Assembly (NCBI GenBank): GCA_964016885.1 | Contig: OZ024740.1 | Location: 4,650,001 to 4,714,000, forward strand | Direction: 5' to 3' | Origin: Eledone cirrhosa | Taxonomy: Eukaryota | DNA length: 64,000 nt | Shown: positions 14,310 through 28,420 of the stretch, piece after piece | Layout of the letters: each line of letters opens with the position of its first letter | Numbering within the stretch: the stretch's first letter is position 1 | Made by a program: the position numbers and the translations under genes | Notes under the pieces: generated by a model | What the model was told of the DNA's origin: nothing | Databases searched by the model: none | The model's input: only the letters and a program-made list of their open reading frames with translations

Positions 14310-14789
14310 AGTCTGTCTGTGAGTGTGTGTGTGTCACTGTGTGTGTCTGTCTGTCTGTCTGTGAGTGTGTGAGTGTGTGTCACTGTGTGTGTCTGTCTGT
14401 GAGTGTGTGTGTGTGTCACTGTGTGTGTCTGTCTGTCTGTGAGTGTGTGAGTGTGTGTGTGTGTGTGTGTCACTGTGTGTGTCACTGTGTGTGTCTGTCT
14501 GTGAGTGTGTGTGTGTGACACTGTGTGTGTCTGTCTGTCTGTGAGTGTGTGAGTGTGTGTGTGTGTGTGTCACTGTGTGTGTCTGTCTGTCTGTGTGTGT
14601 GTCACTGTTTGTGAGTGTGTGTGTGTGTGTGTGTCTGTCTGTGAGGGGGTGCGTGTGTGTGTGTGTCATTGTGTGTGTCTGTCTGTCTGTGAGGGTGTGT
14701 GTGTGTCACTGTGTGTCTGTCTGTGAGTGTGTGTGTGTGTGTGTCTGTCTGTCTGTCTGTGTGAGTGTGTGTGTGTGTGTGTGTGTGTC

Positions 14790-14831
<42 letters not shown>

Positions 14832-14934
14832 TCTGTCTGTGAGTGTGTGTGTGTGTCACTGTGTGTCTGTCTGTGAGTGTGTGTGTGTGTGTCTGTCTGT
14901 CTGTCTGTGAGTGTGTGTGTCTGTCTGTGAGGGC

Positions 14935-14975
<41 letters not shown>

Positions 14976-15166
14976 TGAGGGCGCGAGTGTGTGTGTGTCA
15001 CTGTGTGTGTCTGTGAGTGTGTGTGTGTGTGTCACTGTGTGTGTGTGTATGTGAGTGTGTGTGTGTGTGTGTCACTGTGTGTGTCTGTCTGTGAGTGTGT
15101 GTGTGTGTGTCACTGTGTGTGTCTGTCTGTCTGTGAGTGTGTGTGTCTGTCTGTGAGGGCGTGTGT

Positions 15167-15197
<31 letters not shown>

Positions 15198-15454
15198 TGA
15201 GGGCGCGAGTGTGTGTGTGTCTGTCTGTGAGGGTGTGTGTGTGTCACTGTGTGTGTCTGTCTGTGAGGGTGTGTGTGTGTGTGTCACTGTGTGTGTCTGT
15301 GAGTGTGTGTGTGTGTGTCACTGTGTGTGTCTGTCTGTGAGTGTGTGTGTGTGTGTCACTGTGTGTGTCTGTCTGTGAGTGTGTGTGTGTGTCACTGTGT
15401 GTGCCTGTCTGTCTGTGTGTGTGTGTGTCACTGTGTGTGTCTGTCTGTCTGTGA

Positions 15455-15485
<31 letters not shown>

Positions 15486-15726
15486 TCTGTCTGTGAGTGT
15501 GTGTGTGTGTGTGTCTGTCTGTCTGTGAGGGCGCGTGTGTGAGCGTGTGTCACTGTGTGTGTGTCTGTCTGTGAGTGTGTGTGTGTGTGTGTGTCACTGT
15601 GTGTGTCTGTCTGTGTGTGAGGGTGTGTGTGTGTGTGTGTCACTGTGTGTGAGGGTGTGAGTGTGTGTGTCACTGTGTGTGTCTGTCTGTGAGTGTGTGT
15701 CACTGTGTGTCTGTCTGTCTGTGAGG

Positions 15727-15757
<31 letters not shown>

Positions 15758-15776
15758 TGTCTGTCTGTCTGTGAGG

Positions 15777-15807
<31 letters not shown>

Positions 15808-16078
15808 TGTCTGTCTGTCTCTGAGTGTGTGTGTGTGTGTGTCACTGTGTGTGTCTGTCTGTGAGGGTGTGTGTGTGTGTGTGTCACTGTGTGTGTCTGT
15901 CTGTCTGTGAGGGTGTGTGTGTGTGTCACTGTCTGTCTGTCTGTGAGGGTGTGTGTGTGTGTCACTGTGTGTGTCTGTCTGTCTGTGAGGGTGTGTGTGT
16001 GTCACTGTGTGTGTCTGTCTGTCTGTGAGTGTGTGTGTGTGTGTGTGTCACTGTGTGTGTCTGTCTGTCTGTGAGGGT

Positions 16079-16109
<31 letters not shown>

Positions 16110-16128
16110 TGGCTGTCTGTCTGTGAGG

Positions 16129-16159
<31 letters not shown>

Positions 16160-16308
16160 TGTCTGTCTGTCTGTGAGGGTGTGTGTGTGTGTCACTGTGT
16201 GTGTCTGTCTGTCTGTGAGGGTGTGTGTGTGTGTGTGTCACTGTGTGTGTCTGTCTGTGAGTGTGTGTGTGTGTGTGTCACTGTGTGTGTCTGTCTGTGT
16301 GTGAGGGT

Positions 16309-16339
<31 letters not shown>

Positions 16340-16429
16340 TGTCTCTCTGTGAGTATGTGTGTGTGTGTGTGTCACTGTGTGTGTCTGTCTGTGAGTGTGT
16401 GTATGTGTGTGTCACTGTGTGTGTCTGTC

Positions 16430-16469
<40 letters not shown>

Positions 16470-16614
16470 TGTCTGTCTGTGTGTGAGGGTGTGTGTGTGT
16501 GTGTGTGTCACTGTGTGTGGCTGTCAGTGAGTGAGTGTGTGTGTGTGTGTCACTGTGTGTGTCTGTCTGTCTGTGAAGGTGTGTGTGTGTGTCACTGTGT
16601 GTGTCTGTCTGTGA

Positions 16615-16645
<31 letters not shown>

Positions 16646-16834
16646 TGTCTGTCTGTCTGTGAGGGTGTGTGTGTGTGTGTGTGTCACTGTGTGTGTCTGT
16701 CTGTGAGGGTGTGTGTGTGTGTCACTGTGTGTGTCTGTCTGTCTGTGAGGGTGTGTGTGTGTGTGTGTGTGTGTGTCACTGTGCGTGTCTGTCTGTGAGG
16801 GTGTGTGTGTGTGTGTGTGTCTGTCTGTCTGTGA

Positions 16835-16865
<31 letters not shown>

Positions 16866-16932
16866 TGTCTGTCTGTCTGTGAGGGTGTGTGTGTGTGTGT
16901 GTGTCACTGTGTGTGTCTGTCTGTCTGTGAGG

Positions 16933-16963
<31 letters not shown>

Positions 16964-17225
16964 TGTCTGTCTGTCTGTGAGTGTGTGAGTGTGTGTGTGT
17001 GTGTGTCACTGTGTGTGTCTGTCTGTCTGTGTGTGTGTGTGTCACTGTTTGTGAGTGTGTGTGTGTGTGTGTGTCTGTCTGTGAGGGGGTGCATGTGTGT
17101 GTGTGTCATTGTGTGTGTCTGTCTGTCTGTGAGGGTGTGTGTGTGTCACTGTGTGTCTGTCTGTGAGTGTGTGTGTGTGTGTGTCTGTCTGTCTGTCTGT
17201 GTGAGTGTGTGTGTGTGTGTGTGTC

Positions 17226-17265
<40 letters not shown>

Positions 17266-17376
17266 TCTGTCTGTGAGTGTGTGTGTGTGTCACTGTGTGT
17301 CTGTCTGTGAGTGTGTGTGTGTGTGTCTGTCTGTCTGTCTGTGAGTGTGTGTGTCTGTCTGTGAGGGCGCGCGTGT

Positions 17377-17407
<31 letters not shown>

Positions 17408-18110
17408 TGAGGGCGCGAGTGTGTGTGTGTCACTGTGTGTGTCTGTGAGTGTGTGTGTGTGTGTCACTGTGTGTGAGGGCGCGAGTGTGTGTGTGTCTGT
17501 CTGTGAGGGTGTGTGTGTGTGTGTGTCACTGTGTGTGTCTGTCTGTGAGGGTGTGTGTGTGTGTGTGTCACTGTGTGTGTCTGTGAGTGTGTGTGTGTGT
17601 GTCACTGTGTGTGTCTGTCTGTGAGTGTGTGTGTGTGTGTGTCACTGTGTGTGTCTGTCTGTGAGTGTGTGTGTCTGTCTGTCTGTGAGTGTGTGTGTGT
17701 CACTGTGTGTGTCTGTCTGTGAGTGTGTGTGTGTGTGTCACTGTGTGTGTCTGTCTGTGAGTGTGTGTGTGTGTCACTGTGTGTGCCTGTCTGTCTGTGT
17801 GTGTGTGTGTCACTGTGTGTGTCTGTCTGTCTGTGAGTGTGTGTGTGTGTGTGTGTCACTGTGTGTCTGTCTGTGAGTGTGTGTGTGTGTGTGTCTGTCT
17901 GTCTCTCTGTGAGGGCGCGTGTGTGTGTGTGTGTCACTGTGTGTGTGTCTGTCTGTGAGTGTGTGTGTGTGTGTGTGTCACTGTGTGTGTCTGTCTGTGT
18001 GTGAGGGTGTGTGTGTGTGTGTGTCACTGTGTGTGAGGGTGTGAGTGTGTGTGTCACTGTGTGTGTCTGTCTGTGAGTGTGTGTCACTGTGTGTCTGTCT
18101 GTCTGTGAGG

Positions 18111-18141
<31 letters not shown>

Positions 18142-18160
18142 TGTCTGTCTGTCTGTGAGG

Positions 18161-18191
<31 letters not shown>

Positions 18192-18210
18192 TGTCTGTCT
18201 GTCTGTGAGG

Positions 18211-18241
<31 letters not shown>

Positions 18242-18314
18242 TGTCTGTCTGTCTGTCTGTGAGTGTGTGTGTGTGTGTGTGTCACTGTGTGTGTCTGTCT
18301 GTCTGTGAGGGTGT

Positions 18315-18345
<31 letters not shown>

Positions 18346-18588
18346 TGTCTGTCTGTCTGTGAGGGTGTGTGTGTGTGTGTGTATCACTGTGTGTGTCTGT
18401 CTGTCTGTGAGTGTGTGTGTGTGTGTCACTGTGTGTGTCTGTCTGTCTGTGAGGGTGTGTGTGTGTGTCACTGTGTGTGTCTGTCTGTCTGTGAGGGTGT
18501 GTGTGTGTGTCACTGTGTGTGTCTGTCTGTCTGTGAGGGTGTGTGTGTGTGTGTGTGTCACTGTGTGTGTCAGTCTGTCTGTGAGGGT

Positions 18589-18619
<31 letters not shown>

Positions 18620-18635
18620 TGTCTGTCTGTCTGTG

Positions 18636-18681
<46 letters not shown>

Positions 18682-18786
18682 TGTCTGTCTGTCTGTGAGG
18701 GTGTGTGTGTGTGTGTGTCACTGAGTGTGTCTGTCTGTGAGTGTGTGTGTGTGTGTGTCACTGTGTGTGTCTGTCTGTGTGTGAGG

Positions 18787-18817
<31 letters not shown>

Positions 18818-18912
18818 TGTCTCTCTGTGAGTATGTGTGTGTGTGTGTGTCACTGTGTGTGTCTGTCTGTGAGTGTGTGTATGTGTGTGTCACTGTGTGT
18901 GTCTGTCTGTGA

Positions 18913-18943
<31 letters not shown>

Positions 18944-18962
18944 TGTCTGTCTGTGTGTGAGG

Positions 18963-18993
<31 letters not shown>

Positions 18994-19138
18994 TGGCTGT
19001 CAGTGAGTGAGTGTGTGTGTGTGTGTAACTGTGTGTGTCTGTCTGTCTGTGAGGGTGTGTGTGTGTGTCACTGTGTGTGTCTGTCTGTGAGTGTGTGTGT
19101 GTGTGTGTGTCACTGTGTGTGTCTGTCTGTCTGTGAGG

Positions 19139-19169
<31 letters not shown>

Positions 19170-19268
19170 TGTCTGTCTGTGAGGGTGTGTGTGTGTGTCA
19201 CTGTTGTGTCTGTCTGTCTGTGAGGGTGTGCCTGTGTGTGTGTCACTGTGTGTGTCTGTCTGTCTGTG

Positions 19269-19310
<42 letters not shown>

Positions 19311-19325
19311 TGTCTGTCTGTGAGG

Positions 19326-19356
<31 letters not shown>

Positions 19357-19855
19357 TGTCTGTCTGTCTGTGAGTGTGTGTGTGTGTGTGTGTCACTGTG
19401 TGTGTCTGTCTGTCTGTCTGTGAGGGTGTGTGTGTGTGTGTGTCACTGTGTGTGTCTGTCTGTCTGTGAGGGTGTGTGTGTGTGTGTCACTGTGTGTGTC
19501 TGTCTGTCTGTGAGGGTGTGTGTGTGTGTCCCTGTTTGTGTCTGTCTGTCTGTGAGGGTGTGTGTGTGTGTCACTGTGTGTGTCTGTCTGTCTGTGAGGG
19601 TGTGTGTGTGTCACTGTGTGTGTCTGTCTGTCTGTGAGTGTGTGTGTGTGTGTGTCACTGTGTGTGGCTGTCAGTGAGTGAGTGTGTGTGTGTCACTGTG
19701 TGTGTCTGTCTGTCTGTGAGGGTGTGTGTGTGTGTCACTGTGTGTGTCTGTCTGTGAGTGTGTGTGTGTGTGTGTCACTGTGTGTGTCTGTCTGTCTGTC
19801 TGTGAGTGTGTGTGTGTGTGTGTGTCACTGTGTGTGTCTGTCTGTCTGTGAGGGT

Positions 19856-19886
<31 letters not shown>

Positions 19887-20165
19887 TGTCTGTCTGTCTG
19901 TGAGTGTGTGTGTGTGTGTGTGTATCACTGTGTGTGTCTGTCTGTCTGTGAGGGTGTGTGTGTGTGTCACTGTGTGTGTCTGTCTGTCTATGTGTGTGTG
20001 TGTGTCACTGTGTGTGTCTGTCTGTCTGTGAGGGTGTGTGTGTGTGTCACTGTGTGTGTCTGTCTGTCTGTGAGGGTGTGTGTGTGTGTCACTGTGTGTG
20101 TCTGTCTGTCTGTGAGGGTGTGTGTGTGTGTGTGTGTCACTGTGTGTGTCAGTCTGTCTGTGAGG

Positions 20166-20196
<31 letters not shown>

Positions 20197-20215
20197 TGTC
20201 TGTCTGTCTGTGAGG

Positions 20216-20246
<31 letters not shown>

Positions 20247-20305
20247 TGTCTGTCTGTCTGTGAGGGTGTGTGTGTGTGTGTGTCACTGAGTGTGTCTGTC
20301 TGTGA

Positions 20306-20336
<31 letters not shown>

Positions 20337-20527
20337 TGTCTGTCTGTGTGTGAGGGTGTGTGTGTGTGTGTGTGTCACTGTGTGTGGCTGTCAGTGAGTG
20401 AGTGTGTGTGTGTGTGTCACTGTGTGTGTCTGTCTGTCTGTGAGGGTGTGTGTGTGTGTCACTGTGTGTGTCTGTCTGTGAGTGTGTGTGTGTGTGTGAC
20501 ACTGTGTGTGTCTGTCTGTCTGTGAGG

Positions 20528-20558
<31 letters not shown>

Positions 20559-20660
20559 TGTCTGTCTGTGAGGGTGTGTGTGTGTGTCACTGTTGTGTCT
20601 GTCTGTCTGTGAGGGTGTGTGTGTGTGTGTCACTGTGTGTGTCTGTCTGTCTGTGAGGGT

Positions 20661-20691
<31 letters not shown>

Positions 20692-20706
20692 TGTCTGTCT
20701 GTGAGG

Positions 20707-20737
<31 letters not shown>

Positions 20738-21154
20738 TGTCTGTCTGTCTGTAAGTGTGTGTGTGTGTGTCACTGTGTGTGTCTGTCTGTCTGTGAGGGT
20801 GTGTGTGTGTGTGTGTCACTGTGTGTGTCTGTCTGTCTGTGAGGGTGTGTGTGTGTGTGTCACTGTGTGTATCTGTCTGTCTGTGAGGGTGTGTGTGTGT
20901 GTCACTGTGTGTGTCTGTCTGTCTGTGAGGGTGTGTGTGTGTGTCACTGTATGTGTCTGTCTGTCTGTGAGGGTGTGTGTGTGTCACTGTGTGTGTCTGT
21001 CTGTCTGTGAGTGTGTGTGTGTGTGTGTCACTGTGTGTGTCTGTCTGTCTGTGAGGGTGTGCGTGTGTGTGTTTGTGTCACTGTGTGTGTCTGTCTGTCT
21101 GTGAGGGTGTGTGTGTGTGTGTGTGTCACTGTGTGTGTCTGTCTGTCTGTGAGG

Positions 21155-21185
<31 letters not shown>

Positions 21186-21292
21186 TGTCTGTCTGTCTGT
21201 GAGGGTGTGTGTGTGTGTGTGTCACTGTGTGTGTCTGTCTGTGAGTGTGTGTGTGTGTGTGTCACTGTGAGTGTCTGTCTGTGTGTGAGGGT

Positions 21293-21323
<31 letters not shown>

Positions 21324-21390
21324 TGTCTGTCTGTGTGTGAGGGTGTGTGTGTGTGTGTGTGTGTGTCATTGTGTGTGTCTGTCTGTGAGT

Positions 21391-21421
<31 letters not shown>

Positions 21422-21561
21422 TGTCTGTCTGTGAGTGTGTGTGTGTGTGTGTGTGTGACTGTTCGTGTCTGTCTGTGTGTGAGGGTGTGTGTGTGTGTGT
21501 GTGTCACTGTGTGTGTCTGTCTGTGAGTGTGTGTATGTGTGTGTCACTGTGTGTGTTTGTC

Positions 21562-21601
<40 letters not shown>

Positions 21602-21930
21602 TGTCTGTCTGTGTGTGAGGGTGTGTGTGTGTGTGTGTGTCACTGTGTGTGGCTGTCAGTGAGTGAGGGTGTGTGTGTGTGTCACTGTGTGTGTCTGTCT
21701 GTCTGTGAGGGTGTGTGTGTGTGTCACTGTGTGTGTCTGTCTGTGAGTGTGTGTGTGTGTGTGTCACTGTGTGTGTCTGTCTGTCTGTGAGGGGGTGTGT
21801 GTGTGTGTGTGTGTCACTGTGTGTGTCTGTCTGTGAGGGTGTGTGTGTGTGTCACTGTGTGTGTCTGTCTGTCTGTGAGGGTGTGTGTGTGTGTGTGTCA
21901 CTCTGTGTGTCTGTCTGTCTGTGAGGGTGT

Positions 21931-21961
<31 letters not shown>

Positions 21962-22024
21962 TGTCTGTCTGTGAGGGTGTGTGTGTGTGTGTGTGTCACT
22001 GTGTGTGTCTGTCTGTCTGTAAGT

Positions 22025-22055
<31 letters not shown>

Positions 22056-22332
22056 TGTCTGTCTGTCTGTGAGGGTGTGTGTGTGTGTGTGTCACTGTGT
22101 GTGTCTGTCTGTCTGTGAGGGTGTGTGTGTGTGTGTCACTGTGTGTGTCTGTCTGTCTGTGAGGGTGTGTGTGTGTGTCACTGTGTGTGTCTGTCTGTCT
22201 GTGAGGGTGTGTGTGTGTGTCACTGTGTGTGTCTGTCTGTCTGTGAGGGTGTGTGTGTGTCACTGTGTGTGTCTGTCTGTCTGTGAGTGTGTGTGTGTGT
22301 GTGTCACTGTGTGTGTCTGTCTGTCTGTAAGG

Positions 22333-22363
<31 letters not shown>

Positions 22364-22388
22364 TGTCTGTCTGTCTGTCAGTGTGTGA

Positions 22389-22419
<31 letters not shown>

Positions 22420-22575
22420 TGTCTGTCTGTCTGTGTGTGTGTGTGTCACTGTTTGTGTGTGTGTGTGTGTGTCTGTCTGTCTGTGAGGGTGTGTGTGTGT
22501 CACTGTGTGTCTGTCTGTGAGTGTGTGTGTGTGTCTGTCTGTCTGTCTGTGTGAGTGTGTGTGTGTGTGTGTGTC

Positions 22576-22615
<40 letters not shown>

Positions 22616-22726
22616 TCTGTCTGTGAGTGTGTGTGTGTGTCACTGTGTGTCTGTCTGTGAGTGTGTGTGTGTGTGTCTGTCTGTCTGTCTGTGAGTGTGT
22701 GGATCTGTCTGTGAGGGCGCGCGTGT

Positions 22727-22757
<31 letters not shown>

Positions 22758-22984
22758 TGAGGGCGCGAGTGTGTGTGTGTCACTGTGTGTGTCTGTGAGT
22801 GTGTGTGTGTGTGTCACTGTGTGTGTGTGTCTGTGAGTGTGTGTGAGTGTGTGTCACTGTGTGTGTCTGTCTGTGAGTGTGTGTGTGTGTGTGTGTCACT
22901 GTGTGTGTCTGTCTGTGCGTGTGTGTGTGTGTGTCACTGTGTGTGTCTGTCTGTCTGTGAGTGTGTGTGTCTGTCTGTGAGGGC

Positions 22985-23037
<53 letters not shown>

Positions 23038-23462
23038 TGAGGGCGCGAGTGTGTGTGTGTCTGTCTGTGAGGGTGTGTGTGTGTGTGTGTCACTGTGTGT
23101 GTCTGTCTGTGAGGGTGTGTGTGTGTGTGTGTCACTGTGTGTGTCTGTGAGTGTGTGTGTGTGTGTCACTGTGTGTGTCTGTCTGTGAGTGTGTGTGTGT
23201 GTGTGTCACTGTGTGTGTCTGTCTGTGAGTGTGTGTGTGTGTGTCACTGTGTGTGTCTGTCTGTCTGTGAGTGTGTGTGTGTGTGTCACTGTGTGTGTCT
23301 GTCTGTGAGTGTGTGTGTGTGTGTCACCGTGTGTGTCTGTCTGTGAGTGTGTGTGTGTGTCACTGTGTGTGCCTGTCTGTCTGTTTGTGTGTGTGTCACT
23401 GTGTGTGTCTGTCTGTCTGTGAGTGTGTGTGTGTGTGTGTGTCACTGTGTGTCTGTCTGTGA

Positions 23463-23493
<31 letters not shown>

Positions 23494-23660
23494 TGTCTGT
23501 CTGTGTGTGAGGGTGTGTGTGTGTGTGTGTCACTGTGTGTGAGGGTGTGAGTGTGTGTGTCACTGTGTGTGTCTGTCTGTGAGTGTGTGTCACTGTGTGT
23601 CTGTCTGTCTGTGAGGGTGTGTGTGTGTGTGTCACTGTGTGTGTCTGTCTGTCTGTGAGG

Positions 23661-23691
<31 letters not shown>

Positions 23692-24171
23692 TGTCTGTCT
23701 GTTTGGGAGGGTGTGTGTGTGTGTGTGTGTCACTGTGTGTGTCTGTCTGTCTGTGAGTGTGTGTGTGTGTGTGTCACAGTGTGTGTCTGTCTGTGAGGGT
23801 GTGTGTGTGTGTGTGTCAGTGTGTGTGTCTGTCTGTCTGTGAGGGTGTGTGTGTGTGTGTCACTGTGTGTGTCTGTCTGTCTCTGAGGGTGTGTGTGTGT
23901 GTCACTGTCTGTCTGTCTGTGAGGGTGTGTGTGTGTGTCACTGTGTGTGTCTGTCTGTCTGTGAGGGTGTGTGTGTGTGTGTGTCACTGTGTGTGTCTGT
24001 CTGTGAGTGTGTGTGTGTGTGTGTCACTGTGTGTGTCTGTCTGTGTGTGAGGGTGTGTGTGTGTGTGTGTGTCACTGTGTGTGTCTCTCTGTGAGTATGT
24101 GTGTGTGTGTGTGTCACTGTGTGTGTCTGTCTGTGAGTGTGTGTATGTGTGTGTCACTGTGTGTGTCTGTC

Positions 24172-24211
<40 letters not shown>

Positions 24212-24234
24212 TGTCTGTCTGTGTGTGAGGGTGT

Positions 24235-24265
<31 letters not shown>

Positions 24266-24408
24266 TGGCTGTCAGTGAGTGAGTGTGTGTGTGTGTGTCA
24301 CTGTGTGTGTCTGTCTGTCTGTGAGGGTGTGTGTGTGTGTCACTGTGTGTGTCTGTCTGTGAGTGTGTGTGTGTGTGTGTCACTGTGTGTGTCTGTCTGT
24401 CTGTGAGG

Positions 24409-24439
<31 letters not shown>

Positions 24440-24546
24440 TGTCTGTCTGTGAGGGTGTGTGTGTGTGTCACTGTGTGTGTCTGTCTGTCTGTGAGGGTAT
24501 GTGTGTGTGTGTGTCACTGTGTGTGTCTGTCTGTCTGTGAGGGTGT

Positions 24547-24577
<31 letters not shown>

Positions 24578-24592
24578 TGTCTGTCTGTGAGG

Positions 24593-24623
<31 letters not shown>

Positions 24624-24982
24624 TGTCTGTCTGTGAGGGTGTGTGTGTGTGTCACTGTGTGTGTCTGTCTGTCTGTGAGTGTGTGTGTGTGTGTGTGTCA
24701 CTGTGTGTGTCTGTCTGTCTGTGAGGGTGTGTGTGTGTGTGTGTGTCACTGTGTGTGTCTGTCTGTCTGTGAGGGTGTGTGTGTGTGTGTCACTGTGTGT
24801 GTCTGTCTGTCTGTTAGGGTGTGTGTGTGTGTCACTGTGTGTGTCTGTCTGTCTGTGAGGGTGTGTGTGTGTGTCACTGTGTGTGTCTGTCTGTCTGTGA
24901 GGGTGTGTGTGTGTCACTGTGTGTGTCTGTCTGTCTGTGAGTGTGTGTGTGTGTCACTGTGTGTGTCTGTCTGTCTGTGAGG

Positions 24983-25013
<31 letters not shown>

Positions 25014-25080
25014 TGTCTGTCTGTCTGTGAGGGTGTGTGTGTGTGTGTGTGTCACTGTGTGTGTCTGTCTGTCTGTGAGG

Positions 25081-25111
<31 letters not shown>

Positions 25112-25262
25112 TGTCTGTCTGTCTGTGAGGGTGTGTGTGTGTGTGTGTCACTGTGTGTGTCTGTCTGTGAGTGTGTGTGTGTGTGTGTCACTGTGTGTGT
25201 CTGTCTGTGTGTGAGGGTGTGTGTGTGTGTGTGTCACTGTGTGTGTCTGTCTGTGTGTGAGG

Positions 25263-25293
<31 letters not shown>

Positions 25294-25301
25294 TGTCTGT
25301 C

Positions 25302-25345
<44 letters not shown>

Positions 25346-25716
25346 TGTCTGTCTGTGAGTGTGTGTGTGTGTGTGTGTGTGACTGTTCGTGTCTGTCTGT
25401 GTGTGAGGGTGTGTGTGTGTGTGTGTGTCACTGTGTGTGTCTGTCAGTGAGTGAGTGTGTGTGTGTGTGTCACTGTGTGTGTCTGTCTGTCTGTGAGGGT
25501 GTGTGTGTGTGTCACTGTGTGTGTCTGTCTGTGAGTGTGTGTGTGTGTGTGTCACTGTGTGTGTCTGTCAGTCTGTGAGGGTGTGTGTGTGTGTGTGTCA
25601 CTGTGTGTGTCTGTCTGTGAGGGTGTGTGTGTGTGTGTGTCACTGTGTGTGTCTGTCTGTGCGGGTGTGTGTGTGTGTGTGTGTGTCACTGTGTATGTCT
25701 GTCTGTCTGTGAGGGT

Positions 25717-25747
<31 letters not shown>

Positions 25748-26181
25748 TGTCTCTCTGTCTGTGAGGGTGTGTGTGTATGTGTGTCACTGTGTGTGTCTGT
25801 CTGTGAGGGTGTGTCACTGTGTGTGAGGGTGTGTGTGTGTGTGTGTGAGGGTGTGTGTGTGTGTGTGTGTCACTGTGTGTGTCTGTCTGTGAGGGTGTGT
25901 GTGTGTGTCACTGTGTGTGTCACTGTGTGTGTCTGTCTGTCTGTGAGGGTGTGTGTGTGTGTGTGTCACTGTGTGTGTCTGTCTGTGAGGGTGTGTCACT
26001 GTGTGTGAGGGTGTGTGTGTGTGTGTGTGTCACTGTGTGTGTCTGTCTGTGAGGGTGTGTCACTGTGTGTGAGGGTGTGTGTGTGTGTGTGTGTCACTGT
26101 GTGTGTCTGTCTGTGTGTGTGAGTGTGTGTGTGTCACTGTGTGTGTCTGTGAGTGTGTGTGTGTGTGTCACTGTGTGTTTC

Positions 26182-26221
<40 letters not shown>

Positions 26222-26259
26222 TGTCTGTGAGTGTGTGTGTGTGTGTCACTGTGTGTGTC

Positions 26260-26305
<46 letters not shown>

Positions 26306-26574
26306 TGTCTGTCTGTGAGTGTGAGTGTGTGTGTGTCACTGTGTGTGTCTGTGAGTGTGTGTGTGTGTGTCACTGTGTGTGTCTGTCTGTGAGGGTGTGT
26401 GTGTGTCACTGTGTGTGTCACTGTGTGTGTCTGTCTGTCTGTGAGGGTGTGTGTGTGTGTGTGTCACTGTGTGTGTCTGTCTGTGAGTGTGTGTGTGTGT
26501 GTGTGTCACTGTGTGTGTCTGTCTGTCTGTGAGGGTGTGTGTGTGTGTGTGTGTCACTGTGTGTGTCTGTCTGT

Positions 26575-26605
<31 letters not shown>

Positions 26606-26867
26606 TGTCTGTCTGTGAGTGTGTGTGTGTGTGTGTCACTGTGTGTGTCTGTCTGTAAGTGTGTGTGTGTGTGTGTCACTGTGTGTGTCTGTCTGTGAGT
26701 GTGTGTGTGTGTGTGTCACTGTGTGTGTCTGTGAGTGTGTGTGTGTGTGTCACTGTGTGTGTCTGTCTGTGAGTGTGTGTGTGTGTCACTGTGTGTGTCT
26801 GTCTGTGAGTGTGTGTGTGTGTCACTGTGTGTGTCTGTGAGTGTGTGTGTGTGTGTGTCACTGTGTC

Positions 26868-26911
<44 letters not shown>

Positions 26912-27360
26912 TGTCTGTCTGTGAGTGTGTGTGTGTGTGTGTGTCACTGTGTGTGTCTGTCTGTGAGTGTGTGTGTGTGTGTGTCACTGTGTGTGTTTGT
27001 GAGTGTGTGTGTGTGTGTGTGTCACTGTGTGTGTCTGTCTGTGAGTGTGTGTGTGTGTGTCACTGTGTGTGTCTGTCTGTGAGTGTGTGTGTGTGCGTGT
27101 GTCACTGTGTTTGTCTGTCTGTGAGTGTGTGTGTGTGTGTGTCACTGTGTGTGTCTGTCTGTGAGTGTGTGTGTGTGTCACTCTGTCTGTCTGTCTGTGA
27201 GTGTGTGTCACTGTGTGTGTCTGTCTGTGAGTGTGTGTGTGTGTGTGTCACTGTGTGTGTCTGTCTGTGAGTGTGTGTGTGTGTCACTCTGTCTGTCTGT
27301 CTGTGAGTGTGTGTCACTGTGTGTGTCTGTCTGTGAGTGTGTGTGTGTGAGTGTGTGTGT
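14150..27360. repeat. ~13-kb complex GT-rich satellite, unit GTCACT(GT)3-4(CTGT)2-3GAG(GT)n
   Basis: Directly visible. Unit length varies from about 30 to 55 bp, and rare variant units recur, indicating block duplications. Confidence 0.97.
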
Positions 27361-27734
27361 GTGTGCCTGCAAGCTTGTGTGTGTCTGTGTGAGTTATTTT
27401 TATTTTATGCAACAAAAACTTTTCCTCCGTTTCTAATATTTGTCTTCCATATCAAACACGAGAGATATGTGACACACAGACACACACACACAGACAGACA
27501 CACACAGAGCCAGGCAGACACACACACACATAGACACACACATACACACATACACACAGAGACACTCCTGACACACATACACACACACACACAGACAGAC
27601 ACGCACACAGACAGACACGCACACAGTCACACACACACACACACACACACACACAGGCACACTAAGACACACACAGACACAGACACACAGATACAGATAC
27701 ACACACACAGAGACACACACACACACACACACAG

Positions 27735-28420
27735 GGCAATACAAGCCATGTTCAAAGGTGAAGTCAGCAAGGTTTAAATTAATAATGACTGTAGTGAGAA
27801 GTTTAGTGCATAGTTGATGTCTAGCAGGACTATGTCGGAGCCGTCCGCTGTTTATTATTGTCATTTAGGCTATAACAGAAGAGTTTAAAACAAGATGCCC
27901 TTGGGAACTCTGGTATGCTGATGATTTAACTCTCATAGTCAAATCTATGGCAGAGCTAGAGAAAACAAATCCAAAATCTGGAAGCATCAAAGACTAAGGT
28001 AAGTCAAAGGGAAAACAGGGCCTTGCTCAGTGTGTAAGTTGAAATTCCATCCTCAGTTCCAAATGCACACCATGGGTACAAAAGAGATGTAATGGAATCT
28101 TTCGAAGTTTATCTAAGAATGTAGGTTTCTACATGTGGTCATTGTACAGGAGCAGTTAGCAGCAAACGGCCACAGGAAATATGCACTCTCAAATTTTTGG
28201 AGGGTTCCGTCGAATCAGTAGACAGCTTCTGCTATTTGGGTGACCAAATCAACAGTAGAGGTGGGTGTTCTGAAAGTACAGCAGCCAGAGTGAGAACAGA
28301 ATGGAAAAAGTTCAGCTACTACTGCTGCTAGCTACTAAAAGTTATTCCCTCAAAACGAAGGGCAGATTGTCTAATACATGTATACAAACAGCAATGCTGC
28401 GTGGTAGCGAGGCCTGGGTG
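27735..28420 (+). mobile_element. Old decayed RTE RT fragment
   Basis: GATGCCCTTGGGAACTCTGGTATGCTGATGAT (CPWEL.YADD) and TTCTGCTATTTGGGTGAC (FCYLGD), with many lesions. Confidence 0.85.

Noticed and set aside
14177-27864. Hundreds of Cys/Val or Thr/His ORFs
   Set aside because: Translation of GT/CA satellite with no coding signal.
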